Assembly (NCBI GenBank): GCA_965222375.1
Contig: CBDCTZ010000016.1
Span: forward strand, 3,200,001 to 3,264,000
Direction of reading: 5' to 3'
Length of the DNA stretch: 64,000 nt
Origin: Polyangiaceae bacterium
GTDB lineage: Bacteria; Myxococcota_A; Polyangia; Polyangiales; Polyangiaceae
Shown here: positions 1-10,125 of the stretch, piece after piece
Layout of the letters: each line of letters begins with the position of its first letter
How positions within the stretch are numbered: the stretch's first letter is position 1
Translations under genes and position numbers: made by a program
Notes under the pieces: model-generated
Told to the model about the DNA's origin: nothing
Database searches by the model: none
What the model saw: the letters and a program-made list of their open reading frames with translations, nothing else

Positions 1-261
1 TGGGGGCCAATGCCGACCTGAGCACTTTCGCCGCAACCTCGCGTTTTCTCTGGACGAAAACTGGGCGCAGGGGGAGCGGCACCCCGTGCCCTGGCCGGTC
101 GTCGGGAAGGTTGAAAGGACCAGGGGGCTTGCTTCGAGGCCCGGCACGAGTCAGGCTCCGCGCCGCCACTGCTTTGGCTGGTTGCCGCTTGTCTCTAACT
201 CGAGCGTCTACCCGCCGTCGTGGGGCAGGCGTTTCCCATTCAACCAAACCAGGTGGTTCCG

Positions 262-1257
262 ATGTCATTCCTTCGCCTTGCCGCAGTTTCGGCTGTTGCG
301 GTCCTCACAGTGCCCTTTGCCGGCGGTTGCTCGGCTTCGTCCGACGAAGGAGTCGGCGGTACCAGCGGCGGCGGCAATGTCGGAGGCTTCGGCGCATTTG
401 GCTCCGGTGGCACCAACACGGGCGGCTTCGGCGCATTTGGCTCCGGCGGCACCAACACGGGCGGCTTCGGAGCGTTCGGTAGCGGTGGCGTTGGTACCGG
501 GGGTATCCCCGGCACAGGCGGTGCTGCAACCGGCGGTGCCGCGGGCAGCGGTGGATCCGCGGGCACGGGCGGCGCAGGCGCATTCGGTGGCACTGCTGGT
601 ACCTCGGGTTCGGGCGGAACTGCGGCAACCGGTGGGGTTGCCACGGGCGGCTTCGCTGGAACCGGCGGAGTGGCTACCGGCGGAACGGCTGGAACCGGCG
701 GAGTGGCGACGGGTGGCTTCGCTGGAACCGGCGGGGTTGCTACGGGCGGAACGGCTGGGACCGGCGGGGTTGCCACAGGCGGAACGGCTGGGACCGGCGG
801 GGTTGCCACAGGCGGAACGGCTGGGACCGGCGGGGTTGCCACAGGCGGAACGGCTGGAACTGGCGGCGTGGCTACGGGCGGCACTGGCGGCGTGGCGGGT
901 TGCCCCGGTACGACCATCGGCAGTACCTGCTACTACCTGGCGGACAAGAACGGTCAGACACACTCCGCGGCGAAGGGCAAGTGCACCGCCCTCGGCGCCG
1001 GTTGGGATCTGTGCAGCTCCACTCAGCTCTGCAATGCGTCCGTCTACACCTATTTGGGTACCGCGGGATGCGACTGCAACGGCGGCGCCGCTGCATGCGC
1101 CTGCGGCTCGGCCAAGAATCTCTATATCCAGGTCACTGACAGCCCAAGCGCCCCTTATTACATCCGCACGGCGAACGCTCCGAACTGCAACTGGGCCAGC
1201 GACGCCTGCACCGTTTCGGTCTCGGAAACCTGCGGCGCCGCCCTCTGCTGCAAGTAA
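262..1257 (+). CDS. Gly/Thr-rich lipoprotein with C-terminal Cys-rich, C-type-lectin-like domain
   Basis: Lipobox-like AGGC after a hydrophobic stretch; long GGVATGGTAGT repeats; C-terminal CYYL...AAKGKC...GWDLCS resembles a C-type lectin start. ATG at 262 chosen. Confidence 0.75.
   Translation: MSFLRLAAVSAVAVLTVPFAGGCSASSDEGVGGTSGGGNVGGFGAFGSGGTNTGGFGAFGSGGTNTGGFGAFGSGGVGTGGIPGTGGAATGGAAGSGGSAGTGGAGAFGGTAGTSGSGGTAATGGVATGGFAGTGGVATGGTAGTGGVATGGFAGTGGVATGGTAGTGGVATGGTAGTGGVATGGTAGTGGVATGGTAGTGGVATGGTGGVAGCPGTTIGSTCYYLADKNGQTHSAAKGKCTALGAGWDLCSSTQLCNASVYTYLGTAGCDCNGGAAACACGSAKNLYIQVTDSPSAPYYIRTANAPNCNWASDACTVSVSETCGAALCCK
382..890 (+). repeat. Intragenic tandem repeats: about 3x39 bp (GGFGAFGSGGTNT) and about 8x33 bp (GGVATGG[T/F]AGT)
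   Basis: Visible in both DNA and protein; unit lengths are multiples of 3. Confidence 0.85.
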
Positions 1258-1324
1258 CGGCGAGGCTGAACCTCCCAGCTAGCACGTCGGTCGTTCTCTC
1301 GACGCGGCGCCCACTTACGCGCAG

Positions 1325-2029
1325 CTATTGATAGTTGATGCTCGGATGTACGAGCTTGAGCACCAGGCTGAAGGCTGGGCCGGCGATATACGAAAACAAT
1401 TGCCACGCGACGATCAGCCCAAGCAAACCCATCATGGGCGTTTCGTTCAGACGCCCATAGAAGGACCCCGTGTATCGCGGCAAAGCACCCTCGACGACTC
1501 CGGCTCCGTCTAGCGGCGGGATCGGGATGAGATTGAACAGCCCAAGCAGCACATTGAGATTGACCATCACGCTCAGCGCCATGGCGACCGCGCCCATCGG
1601 CGAGCGATAGGTGGGGTCACCGGCCACCGCGACGATACGGGTGAAGCTCACCTGTTCGGGAGCGAGGAACACTCCCGAAGCGATCAAGACCTTGATGATC
1701 ACCACAGCGAGCGCCGCTAAGATCAAATTGGCTGCTGGGCCCGCCAAAGACATGAGCGCCTGCTTTCCAGGGTTCCGTCTAGCCCACTCGGGGTCATATG
1801 GAACGGAGGCCCAGCCGATCATCCAACCCATCTGAACGAAAGAAATCAACGGCACGAGCACCATGCCAAAAGGTGAACGCCGAATGTGCGGCAGCGGGTC
1901 GAGGCTGAGCACGCCGCCCTCGTAGGCCGTAGAGTCACCGCCTTTGTACGCGACCAAGGCGTGCGCGTACTCGTGACAGGTCGTCGATAGGACGAAGACG
2001 AGGTACCAGACGATGAGGTTGGCGATCAT
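1325..2029 (-). CDS. Site-2 protease family (M50) intramembrane metalloprotease
   Basis: HEYAH, AGPAAN and FNLIPIPPLDG motifs; several TM segments. Confidence 0.93.
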   Translation of the reverse strand: MIANLIVWYLVFVLSTTCHEYAHALVAYKGGDSTAYEGGVLSLDPLPHIRRSPFGMVLVPLISFVQMGWMIGWASVPYDPEWARRNPGKQALMSLAGPAANLILAALAVVIIKVLIASGVFLAPEQVSFTRIVAVAGDPTYRSPMGAVAMALSVMVNLNVLLGLFNLIPIPPLDGAGVVEGALPRYTGSFYGRLNETPMMGLLGLIVAWQLFSYIAGPAFSLVLKLVHPSINYQ

Positions 2030-2047
2030 GAGCAGGAGACTCGGCTG

Positions 2048-2671
2048 TCAGGTGCTGACCCAGACCTCTTCCGTCACCCGCCGAAGTCCGGCCTCCCGGA
2101 ACTTCGGCGGAGCGTCCTCGATGTCGTTGCGGACCTCGACGCGTCGCAGACCAGGCCAATAAGTCAAAACCTCCGCCGCTGGCACCGAGAACGGTGGCCC
2201 CCCGACAACGCTCTGGTCGTACTCGAAAGAGATCACTAGTTGGCGGGCGTTGGGCGCTAGCAACGACGTGGTATGCGCCGCGTAGCGAGGTCGAAGGTCC
2301 GGATTCATTGCTACCAATGCGCCGCGGTCGAAATGGCCGTCGAACTGCTCGCCCGAGAAGGCGAAGTAGTCGCCGCAGAATAGGCTGATGCGCCGGTCGC
2401 GGGCGCGGTACTCGGTCAGCGCTCCGTCACGACGAGAGAAGGCCAGTTGGTTTTCCTCGAAAAACGCTTCGACGGCGATTTCCGACAGCTCGACCCCAAC
2501 AACCTCGTTGCCCTGCTGTTCGAGCCAAAGCAAGTCGCGGGCCTTGCCGCACATGGGCACCAGTACACGTTTGCCCGAAGCATTCCAATGCTGTTTCAGC
2601 AACGGGCTGCCGTCTTTCTGATGCCAACCGATGCGGCCTTCGTGCCAGCGCTGTTTCCAGTCTTCGGTCAT
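2048..2671 (-). CDS. tpm: Thiopurine S-methyltransferase
   Basis: W..RW.EGRIGWH, RVLVPMCGK, GVELSEIAV, DRGALVA, GPPFSV motifs. Confidence 0.9.
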   Translation of the reverse strand: MTEDWKQRWHEGRIGWHQKDGSPLLKQHWNASGKRVLVPMCGKARDLLWLEQQGNEVVGVELSEIAVEAFFEENQLAFSRRDGALTEYRARDRRISLFCGDYFAFSGEQFDGHFDRGALVAMNPDLRPRYAAHTTSLLAPNARQLVISFEYDQSVVGGPPFSVPAAEVLTYWPGLRRVEVRNDIEDAPPKFREAGLRRVTEEVWVST

Positions 2672-2756
2672 GGTGACTACTTGGTGTCGCGGCAGCCTAG
2701 CCGCAACTGGCGGTCCCTTGCATGCCAAGTTGAAGTCGCCTCTACTTCGCCCACGA

Positions 2757-3215
2757 ATGCTGGACGCACGAGTTGCCGAATTCTGGGACGCGTTTGCCGC
2801 GGCGACAGGGGTCAGCGCGCGCTACACCGCCTGGGCCTTTGGCAGCGACAACGACCCCGCGACCCAGACGGCCCTGGGCCAGCTCGTCTTGAAGGGTCCC
2901 AAGCGGGCAACCGCTGGCTTGCTCGAGGAATACCAACAAGAGGGCGAGCCCCTACCGGCGCCTGGTGACTACAGCGTCGTGCTAGATGGTCGCGGAACGC
3001 CGCTGTGCGTCATCGTCACCACCGCCGTCGAAGTGCGGCCCTTTGGCGAGGTCGACGAGGAGTTTGCTTGGATCGAAGGCGAGGGGGACCGCACCCTCGC
3101 CTGGTGGAAGCGCGCCCACCTGGACTTCTTTGCGGGCATCGGCGTCCGCGTCGACGACCACTCCCAGATGGTGCTGGAGCGTTTCGACTTGGTGTGGCCG
3201 GTGGGCGCACCCTGA
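2757..3215 (+). CDS. ASCH domain protein
   Basis: AWAFG, LVLKGPKRATA, EGEGDRTLAWWKRAH motifs. Confidence 0.9.
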   Translation: MLDARVAEFWDAFAAATGVSARYTAWAFGSDNDPATQTALGQLVLKGPKRATAGLLEEYQQEGEPLPAPGDYSVVLDGRGTPLCVIVTTAVEVRPFGEVDEEFAWIEGEGDRTLAWWKRAHLDFFAGIGVRVDDHSQMVLERFDLVWPVGAP

Positions 3216-3237
3216 GGTTCAGCATGTGCCGCGAGCG

Positions 3238-4023
3238 CTAGCGGTGCCGCGCCACCACCGTCGAGTGTTGCTCGCCCCGCTCGCCGGCACACAAGAGCAA
3301 CGTCAGATTACTCGCGAGCAGGTTGCGACTCCTATCCGGGAGCGTGATCCCGAAGCGCGCGAGAGTATCGAGGGCGTCGCGTACAGTGTCCAATGCGCCG
3401 GCGACCAGAGTACGCCGGGCATCGACTAGTGCCTGGGCTTGCTGGCGTAGCAACATGGATTGGGCGATCTCCGGCGCGTAGGCCAGATCGTTGAGGCGGA
3501 CGAGTCGGATCTCGACGCCCGCTTCCGCCACTTGCGCTCGTAGCTGGGTCATCAGCGCGTGGATGATCTCTGGGCTCTCCTTCTTCAAGCAGGGCTGATT
3601 GGGGTCTTCACTTTCGTAGGGAAAGCGGGAGCACACGCTCTTCAACACCGTCGAGGCCTGGTTGTGCACGAAGCGCCGATAGTTCTCGACGTCCAAGCTC
3701 GCCTTCACCGGGTCGACGACATGGTAGACGCAGACCGCTGAAGCCTGAATTGGGTTGCCATGCGTGTCGACGATCGTGGTCAGAGGAACCTCGGCGATGG
3801 CATCGCGAAGCGAAACCTTGCGCCATCCGAGTCCGATGGAGAACGCCCAGCTAATCCCTGGGCTCATGATCGTGCGTCGGTACTTGCCCCAGTACAGGAT
3901 TACGAAGGCTGTCCGGGGCTCGACCACGAAGAAGCCTCGCAGGATCAGGATGAAGACAATCAGCGCCGGAATGAAGCCAATGCCAGCCGCAGCAATGGCC
4001 AGCTCGAGGAACTCCTCGGTCAT
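3238..4023 (-). CDS. SPFH/Band 7 domain membrane protein
   Basis: N-terminal TM; GNPIQ; LAYAPEIAQSMLLRQQAQA. Confidence 0.9.
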   Translation of the reverse strand: MTEEFLELAIAAAGIGFIPALIVFILILRGFFVVEPRTAFVILYWGKYRRTIMSPGISWAFSIGLGWRKVSLRDAIAEVPLTTIVDTHGNPIQASAVCVYHVVDPVKASLDVENYRRFVHNQASTVLKSVCSRFPYESEDPNQPCLKKESPEIIHALMTQLRAQVAEAGVEIRLVRLNDLAYAPEIAQSMLLRQQAQALVDARRTLVAGALDTVRDALDTLARFGITLPDRSRNLLASNLTLLLCAGERGEQHSTVVARHR

Positions 4024-4823
4024 GCCTGCACCTGCGTGGCCGGGCGAGCTGGTTCCACCGTCACTGCGATGGGCATGACCGTCTGAACCCGCTCGCCGCT
4101 GCACAGCACCATCATCAGGTTCGTGGTCAGCGACTCCAATGCCTGTGGCGGAAGCTGGAGGTTGGAATGGGACATGCGCTCGAGGGCGCCGCGCACGGTT
4201 TCCGTTGCGCCCTTCACCATCGTGCGGCGTGCATCCACCATGGCCGCAGCTTGCTGACGCAACAGCATGGATTGAGCGATTTCCGCCGTGTAGGTCAGAT
4301 CGTTGAGCCGCAGATCGAGTACCTCGACGCCCGCAGGATTGAGTAGCTCCTGCAACGTTGTGATCAGGTGTCTGGTAACCACCTCACTCTCGCGCTTCAG
4401 GCTCGGCTGATTGGGGTCAGTCGCTTCGTAGGGGTAGTGAGCACAAACGTTCTTGATCACGACGGTCGCCAAGGAGTTGACGAAGGTCGGATATTCTTCG
4501 ACTTCCAGCGCTGCCCGAGCGGCGTCGCGAACGCGGTACGAGCAGATTGCCGATACTTCGATCGGGTTGCCGCTCGACTCGACCACCAACATGGTTGGCA
4601 GGTTCGTGGTCACGGTTTGGCTCGAGACCCGGTAGAGCTTGCGCCCCAACGGGAATACGTAGCCCAAACCGTTGTCTTCGATGGTGCGTTTGTATTTGCC
4701 AAAGCGCAGCACCACCACCTTGGTGAAGGGTTGCACGATGATGATTCCCATCAGCGCGTACAGGATGAAGACGCCGAAAGCCCCCACCCCCGCGAATAGC
4801 GAAACCGCGATCAGTTCTTCCAT
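4020..4823 (-). CDS. SPFH/Band 7 domain membrane protein (paralog of the downstream gene)
   Basis: GNPIEVS; LTYTAEIAQSMLLRQQAAA; 4-bp ATGA overlap with the next gene. Confidence 0.9.
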   Translation of the reverse strand: MEELIAVSLFAGVGAFGVFILYALMGIIIVQPFTKVVVLRFGKYKRTIEDNGLGYVFPLGRKLYRVSSQTVTTNLPTMLVVESSGNPIEVSAICSYRVRDAARAALEVEEYPTFVNSLATVVIKNVCAHYPYEATDPNQPSLKRESEVVTRHLITTLQELLNPAGVEVLDLRLNDLTYTAEIAQSMLLRQQAAAMVDARRTMVKGATETVRGALERMSHSNLQLPPQALESLTTNLMMVLCSGERVQTVMPIAVTVEPARPATQVQA

Positions 4824-4919
4824 GCCCGCGACATAGTCGATTCCCGGGTGCGGGAAAATCGACGCTGAGTGGCGATCCGAGTGCCGCCTTTGGGATTGGT
4901 GTATCCTTATTGGCAGCGG

Positions 4920-6032
4920 ATGCGGAGCTTCGTGAAGGACAGTTGGCGCGGCGGTGCGTTGCTGACGCTGTGTATAGGGGTGTCGGCGGGTTGCTCCACT
5001 CTTGCCGGCATCGACCAGGACTACCGGGAGGTTGCCCAACCCGCATCAGATGCGGGCGTGGGTGGCGGCGCGGGGCTCGGGGGCGCCGCGGGCAGTGGCG
5101 GCGGCGCGGGGGTAGGCGCAGCGGGAGCGAGCGGTGCCGGGGGAGCGACCGGTGGCACGTCTGGAAGTGGAGGCAGCGCCGGTAGCACCGCGTCCTGCTC
5201 GTCTCTGGGTAAGCAGTGCGTGCCCGCCGTGCCGAGTGGCTGGTCCGGGCCGGTTGCCATGGCCAGCGGCCCATCGACTCCTCCCGCTTGCACCTCGGAG
5301 TATCCGACCCAGACGACCTCTGGCGTACTGGCCGACAATCTCTCCGCCGATCCGGCGACCTGCGGCTGTACCTGCAAGAACCCAGTGATCGCGATTTGTT
5401 CCACGGCCACGCTGAACGTTTACGGGGGTGGTACCTGTGGCAGTACCGGCAACAAGGTGGCCGACTTGGTCAATGGCTCGAAGTGCACGGCCGCGTCCCT
5501 GGACTCCCTTGCGACCCACATGCGCGCGACGGGCAACTTCATCTCAGGTTCTTGTGTGGCCCAGCCATCCGAGCAAGTCCCCTCCGCGACTTGGGGCCTG
5601 CAAGCGCGAGCCTGCGGTGGCGCGTCCACGGCAGGGGCCTGTTCCGGAGGACAGCTCTGCGTTCCGCCTGCCGCGACTTTCGAGATGTGCATCTATCAAG
5701 CTGGGAACCTGGCGTGCCCGGCGGGCTATACGAACAAGTCGGTCTTCTATGAAGGGTTCGACGATACGCGTGGCTGCACCGCCTGCACGTGTGGCACCGC
5801 GACCGGCAACTGCGTCGGCACCGGAACCGTGAGCCTGCACAACAAGAACGACTGCACCGACGACGTCAAGACGATTGACCTCGGGACTTGCGCCAGCGCC
5901 GTGACCGCTACCCACGCGAAGTACAACGACGGTCCGGCAACGAACGTAACCTGCCCGCCTGCGCCAGGCGCCGGCATGTCCACGGGAACCGCGACTCCAA
6001 AGGATGCCGTGACGTTCTGCTGCCTCAGCTGA
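4920..6032 (+). CDS. Cys-rich myxobacterial-type lipoprotein
   Basis: SAGC lipobox, Gly linker, CVPAVPSGWSGPV and FDDTRGCTACTC segments, C-terminal TFCC. Confidence 0.8.
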   Translation: MRSFVKDSWRGGALLTLCIGVSAGCSTLAGIDQDYREVAQPASDAGVGGGAGLGGAAGSGGGAGVGAAGASGAGGATGGTSGSGGSAGSTASCSSLGKQCVPAVPSGWSGPVAMASGPSTPPACTSEYPTQTTSGVLADNLSADPATCGCTCKNPVIAICSTATLNVYGGGTCGSTGNKVADLVNGSKCTAASLDSLATHMRATGNFISGSCVAQPSEQVPSATWGLQARACGGASTAGACSGGQLCVPPAATFEMCIYQAGNLACPAGYTNKSVFYEGFDDTRGCTACTCGTATGNCVGTGTVSLHNKNDCTDDVKTIDLGTCASAVTATHAKYNDGPATNVTCPPAPGAGMSTGTATPKDAVTFCCLS

Positions 6033-6188
6033 ACCGCTTGTCTTTGGCACGATGCGTCAAGCTTTCCGTGTATAGCTTTTGCCACACTGAGTCTGCCTGC
6101 GACTCGGCACAGCAGTGGCCATCGCGTGGGATCGACTACACCTCCGGTTGCCGCAGTGGGATGGACTGGTTCCTGCAGAACTACTGGC

Positions 6189-6586
6189 ATGCAGCCAGTC
6201 CGCCCCGTGCCATGTTGCGTTGTCGCTTGCGTGCTTGCGTGGGGGGCCAACACATCAGCGCAGCCTGCGCATCGAGCTTCCGAGACAGCCGAGCGAGACT
6301 CAGGGCGTTTTCACAAGCGTCTCGGTTTGGGGGGTGGGGTGGCGCGGGCTTCGTGCGCTTCGGCGGGGAGGAAGCTGAAGAAAAAACCTTGGGGCCGGGC
6401 TTCGACGCTGGCGCTGGCTATCGATGGCACGTCGGACGACGGTGGCGGCTGGGTTTCGACGCTCGCGTGTTCGCGATTCCTTGGTCTTCCGGCAGCTACG
6501 ATGGCAACGACGACAACTCGCTACACGAAGATATTTCCGTCCGTGCCATGGCCGCGAGCCTGCAATTCACGGCCTCGTACAACTAG
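6189..6586 (+). pseudogene. Frameshifted small outer-membrane beta-strand protein
   Basis: The signal peptide (MQPVRPVPCCVVACVLAWGANTSA) is in one frame and the beta-strand body (GAGFVRF...LQFTASYN) in another; they join at the G-tracts at 6329-6339. Confidence 0.55.
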
Positions 6587-6595
6587 CCTGCGCCC

Positions 6596-7042
6596 TCAGG
6601 GCCCACCCGCGCCGGCCAGCATGCCGATGCCCATCAGGCCGAACACGAACACGGTCAGGATGACGTTCAAGAGCAGCAAGCCACCGTTCACGGCGAGCCC
6701 GGCGATGGCCAGCCCCCGCCCCTGAAAGCGTTGGGGCTCGTTCTTGATTCGAGAGATGCTGACGAAGCCGAGAATCAGGCCAACCAAGTTCGCCGCCAGG
6801 GCGAAGAACCCGCAGCACATGTACAGCGGCAGGCTGACGGCAGCGAGCACGAGGGACACGATGCCCATGGGCTCTTGCTGTGCCCCGAAGCTTCCGCCCA
6901 TGGCTTGGCCGGTTTGCTGAACTGCGACGCCCGGCGGCATCCCGGCGCCCCAACCCCCGGGTGGACCCTGGGGCGGAGGCGGCGCTTGTGGCGTGCCCCA
7001 GCCACGAGGACCTGGTGGCTGTCCGGGAGGTGGCGGCTGCAC
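6596..7042 (-). CDS. DUF4190-like membrane protein
   Basis: Pro/Gly/Gln-rich N-terminus; IVSLVL...GLILGFVSISRIK...GRGLAIAGL. Confidence 0.85.
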   Translation of the reverse strand: MQPPPPGQPPGPRGWGTPQAPPPPQGPPGGWGAGMPPGVAVQQTGQAMGGSFGAQQEPMGIVSLVLAAVSLPLYMCCGFFALAANLVGLILGFVSISRIKNEPQRFQGRGLAIAGLAVNGGLLLLNVILTVFVFGLMGIGMLAGAGGP

Positions 7043-7167
7043 CCTGCGAGAAAAGAGGACCCCCGCGGCTGCGTCAACACTTCATCTGCGCGGACGGGCC
7101 TTCTCCCCTTGCATCGCGCGCACTTCTTTTGTTCGCTGTCGCCAGCCCATCGCCGCTTGGAGACAAC

Positions 7168-8250
7168 ATGACTGCCGTTCGCTTCTTGGTTCACTCGATG
7201 ATCGCTCTGGCCTTTCTCGTCACGATGGCGAACTGCAACCAGGCCGGCAAATTCGGCATGCTGGGGGCAGCGTGCCCCGTGCTGAAGTCTGGCGATCCGC
7301 TGAAGTTCAACTATTCGGCGAACGTCAAGGCGAACGGCAAGGTTCGCGCATTCGTGAAGGCGACTCGGGATCTAGTCGACGCGTCCATTCAGATGGAGAC
7401 GCTAGCCACGACCGCATGCAAAAACATGGGTCGCGACCTGGGGCTGACCGAAGCCGACATGATGGCGAAGAACGACGAGCCAGGCGCGAGTGCTCAAGCG
7501 GCGTGCGGTGCTCTTGGCGTGCGCATCGACGCGATCTTGCGCAGCGGCATCTTCGTACGGGCGCAGGTGACTCCGCCCCAGTGCCAAGCCGACTTCCAGG
7601 CCAAGGCCCAGTGCGACGCTTCTTGCGACGTCCAGATCGATCCGGGGCAAATCGTAGCTCAATGTGAGCCGGCGAAATTGAGCGGCTACTGCCAGGGCAA
7701 GTGTGTTGGCCGTTGTGAAGGGCAGTGCCAAGGCCAGTGCAATGGACAGTGCAGCGCCGTGGACGCCAACGGGCAATGCAATGGCACCTGCAACGGTACC
7801 TGCACCGGGTCCTGCGGCGCTACATGCCACGCGCGCTGCGATGGCACCTGGCAAGCGCCCAAGTGCCAAGGCATGGTCCGCGGTCCAAGCGCTGATGCCG
7901 AGTGCAACGCCAGCTGCAACGCCAGCGCCAATCTGCGAGCCCAGTGCACGCCGGCCGCTGTCTCCATCCAAACCAGCGCGAACACCGAGGCCGCCATGCG
8001 CTTGGCCACGACGCTTCGAACCCACTTGCCCTACTTGCTCAAAGCCGAGCTGGGCCTGGGTCGCCGCATTGCGGGAGACGTGAAGGTCGTCGTCAACGTC
8101 GGGGCGCAATTGCCCAAGATCATCGGTAACGCCGGCGCCCAGGCGGTCGCGTGCGTTGCCGCCGCGGCCCAAGCGTCGGTGCAAGCCAGCGTGCGCATCA
8201 ACGTCAGCGTCAAGGCGAGCGCCAGCGTCAACGGCAAAGTTGCCGGTTGA
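7168..8250 (+). CDS. Cys-rich lipoprotein with CxGxC repeats
   Basis: Signal peptide ending in MANC; repeated CQGKCVGRCEGQCQGQC; Ala/Val-rich tail. Confidence 0.8.
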   Translation: MTAVRFLVHSMIALAFLVTMANCNQAGKFGMLGAACPVLKSGDPLKFNYSANVKANGKVRAFVKATRDLVDASIQMETLATTACKNMGRDLGLTEADMMAKNDEPGASAQAACGALGVRIDAILRSGIFVRAQVTPPQCQADFQAKAQCDASCDVQIDPGQIVAQCEPAKLSGYCQGKCVGRCEGQCQGQCNGQCSAVDANGQCNGTCNGTCTGSCGATCHARCDGTWQAPKCQGMVRGPSADAECNASCNASANLRAQCTPAAVSIQTSANTEAAMRLATTLRTHLPYLLKAELGLGRRIAGDVKVVVNVGAQLPKIIGNAGAQAVACVAAAAQASVQASVRINVSVKASASVNGKVAG

Positions 8251-8274
8251 ATCAGATACCACCCGACTGACTAA

Positions 8275-9204
8275 ATGAACTCACGCCGGTATCGCTTCGC
8301 CGGCTACGTCATGGTGGCCGTTGCGGCCACGGGCTGGGGACTGTGGAGCCTGTTCTTTCGCCCGGCGGAAGCGATCAGCGTCGTACACCCGGCGGTGCAG
8401 GCCTTCATTCTCTTCAGCACTCAAGCGCTGGTCACGCTACCGGCGGGGCTCAAAGGGCTGGCGAGGCCGCGGCCGCGCAGTGCGTGGCTCGCGGTCGCCT
8501 ACATCGGTGTGGGCGACGCGCTCAACGCCGCGTTGTTCTTCGCTGCGATGCAGAAGACGTCCTTGGCCATCGCCGTGCTCTCCCACGACCTTGCGCCCGT
8601 TTTCGTCGCGTTGGCAGCACCACGCGTGCTCGGCGAATCCCCTCGCCGCGGGACCTGGCTGGCGCTCTCCGTCGCGCTGGTTGGGCTCGTGCTGTTGATG
8701 CGACCTTGGGCGGAGCAGGGCAAAGACGCTCTGCTGGGCGCCGCCTTCGGCGCCGGAAGCGCCATCTTCTACGCAGCGAACGTGTTGGTGACCAAGCGAG
8801 CGCAGAGGCACTTCTCGCCTCAAGAGCTACTGTTCTTCCATGTGCCCACGGCGCTGCTCTGCCTCGCGCTGATCATGCCTGCGGGCGCCCTCCAAATAGC
8901 GCCTCGGGCGGTGGCCTGGGTGTTCGCGGGCTCCATCCTGCTGGGTGCGCTCGGCGGCATCCTCTTTCTGAAAGGGCTCGAGCGCGTGGACGCAACTCGG
9001 GCCAGCGTGCTGACCCTGCTCGAACCCGTGAGCGCCGTACTCATTGGCGCCCTGGTTTGGGGCGAGAAGCTCAGCCTGCTTTCCGGCTTGGGCGCGCTGC
9101 TCGTGCTCGGAGCGCTGGGCCGAGTCCTGGGCGGCGCCGCCCGGGCTCCAAGCCGCCCCGCCAATGCGCCTACCAGAGATGCGCCCGCCGAGACGAGCAG
9201 CTAG
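8275..9204 (+). CDS. DMT/EamA family transporter
   Basis: About 10 TM segments; APVFVAL...LGE; ASVLTLLEPV...GEKLS. Confidence 0.92.
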   Translation: MNSRRYRFAGYVMVAVAATGWGLWSLFFRPAEAISVVHPAVQAFILFSTQALVTLPAGLKGLARPRPRSAWLAVAYIGVGDALNAALFFAAMQKTSLAIAVLSHDLAPVFVALAAPRVLGESPRRGTWLALSVALVGLVLLMRPWAEQGKDALLGAAFGAGSAIFYAANVLVTKRAQRHFSPQELLFFHVPTALLCLALIMPAGALQIAPRAVAWVFAGSILLGALGGILFLKGLERVDATRASVLTLLEPVSAVLIGALVWGEKLSLLSGLGALLVLGALGRVLGGAARAPSRPANAPTRDAPAETSS

Positions 9205-9214
9205 GCTCTGCGGG

Positions 9215-10069
9215 ATGAGCCTGCGGCGCCTGACTCTATGCAGCTTGCTGTGCGCAGCGCTGGGAGCCGCGTGTAGCGGCGACGATTCGAGTGGAGCAGG
9301 GCCCGCTGGCGGGGGGTCGTCGGGCGCGGCGGGCGCAGGTGGGCAGAGTGACGCCGGCATCCTCGACAGCAGTTGGCCCAAATCCGACAGCGCGACGGAT
9401 TCAGCGAGCGATGCGCTTCCCGAAGCGTCGGGCCCTTGTCCCAGCGACATGGCGCTGGTCGCTGGCGCCTGCATGGACCGCTATGAAGCTCCGAACCAAG
9501 CCGGCGAACTTCCCTTGGTGATGTATTCCTTCGACGAAGCCGACGCCTGGTGCTTGGCCCGGGACAAGCGCTTGTGTTTCGACGACGAGTGGACCGCAGC
9601 TTGCGCCGGTCCCCTCGAGGAAAAGTACTCCTACCCCAATGGCAAGACGCACCAACCCGGCGTGTGCAACGACGACAAGCTCTGGAAGCTCTACGAGCAG
9701 TCCAAGCTCAACGGTTGGCCCTTCACGGTTTCGACGCCCAAGGTGCAAACCCTGAAACAGCTTCTCGACGCGGCAAAGGCGCAGTCCGTGGCCGCGGCGG
9801 CTGCTGCCGATCATGTCGAGTGGCTCTATCAGGCAGAGCCATCGGGCTCCAAAACAGGTTGCGTGCGCGAAGAAGGCATCTTCGATCTCAGCGGTAACGT
9901 GGAAGAGTGGACTCAACGCCGCGACGGCGGCACCGCGTCCTTCCACGGCAACCTCAAGGGGCGCTATTGGGCCGACACCCGCACCTGCCAGAACAACATC
10001 ACGACCCATGGCGACGGGTTCCGCTTCTACGAAATCGGATTCCGCTGCTGCCGCGACCCGGCAAACTGA
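9215..10069 (+). CDS. SUMF1/EgtB/PvdO (FGE-sulfatase) domain lipoprotein
   Basis: CMDRYE, KRLC..EW..AC, GIFDLSGNVEEW, IGFRCC motifs. Confidence 0.9.
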   Translation: MSLRRLTLCSLLCAALGAACSGDDSSGAGPAGGGSSGAAGAGGQSDAGILDSSWPKSDSATDSASDALPEASGPCPSDMALVAGACMDRYEAPNQAGELPLVMYSFDEADAWCLARDKRLCFDDEWTAACAGPLEEKYSYPNGKTHQPGVCNDDKLWKLYEQSKLNGWPFTVSTPKVQTLKQLLDAAKAQSVAAAAAADHVEWLYQAEPSGSKTGCVREEGIFDLSGNVEEWTQRRDGGTASFHGNLKGRYWADTRTCQNNITTHGDGFRFYEIGFRCCRDPAN

Positions 10070-10125
10070 GCCCGCGCGCCGACGTTGAGTACGCCGTCTT
10101 TTTCCGCACGCACCGATCTGTGCAG

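Noticed and set aside
262..1257. Gly-rich proteins as PE-PGRS or collagen
   Set aside because: No PE domain or Gly-X-Y periodicity; these are ordinary low-complexity lipoprotein linkers.
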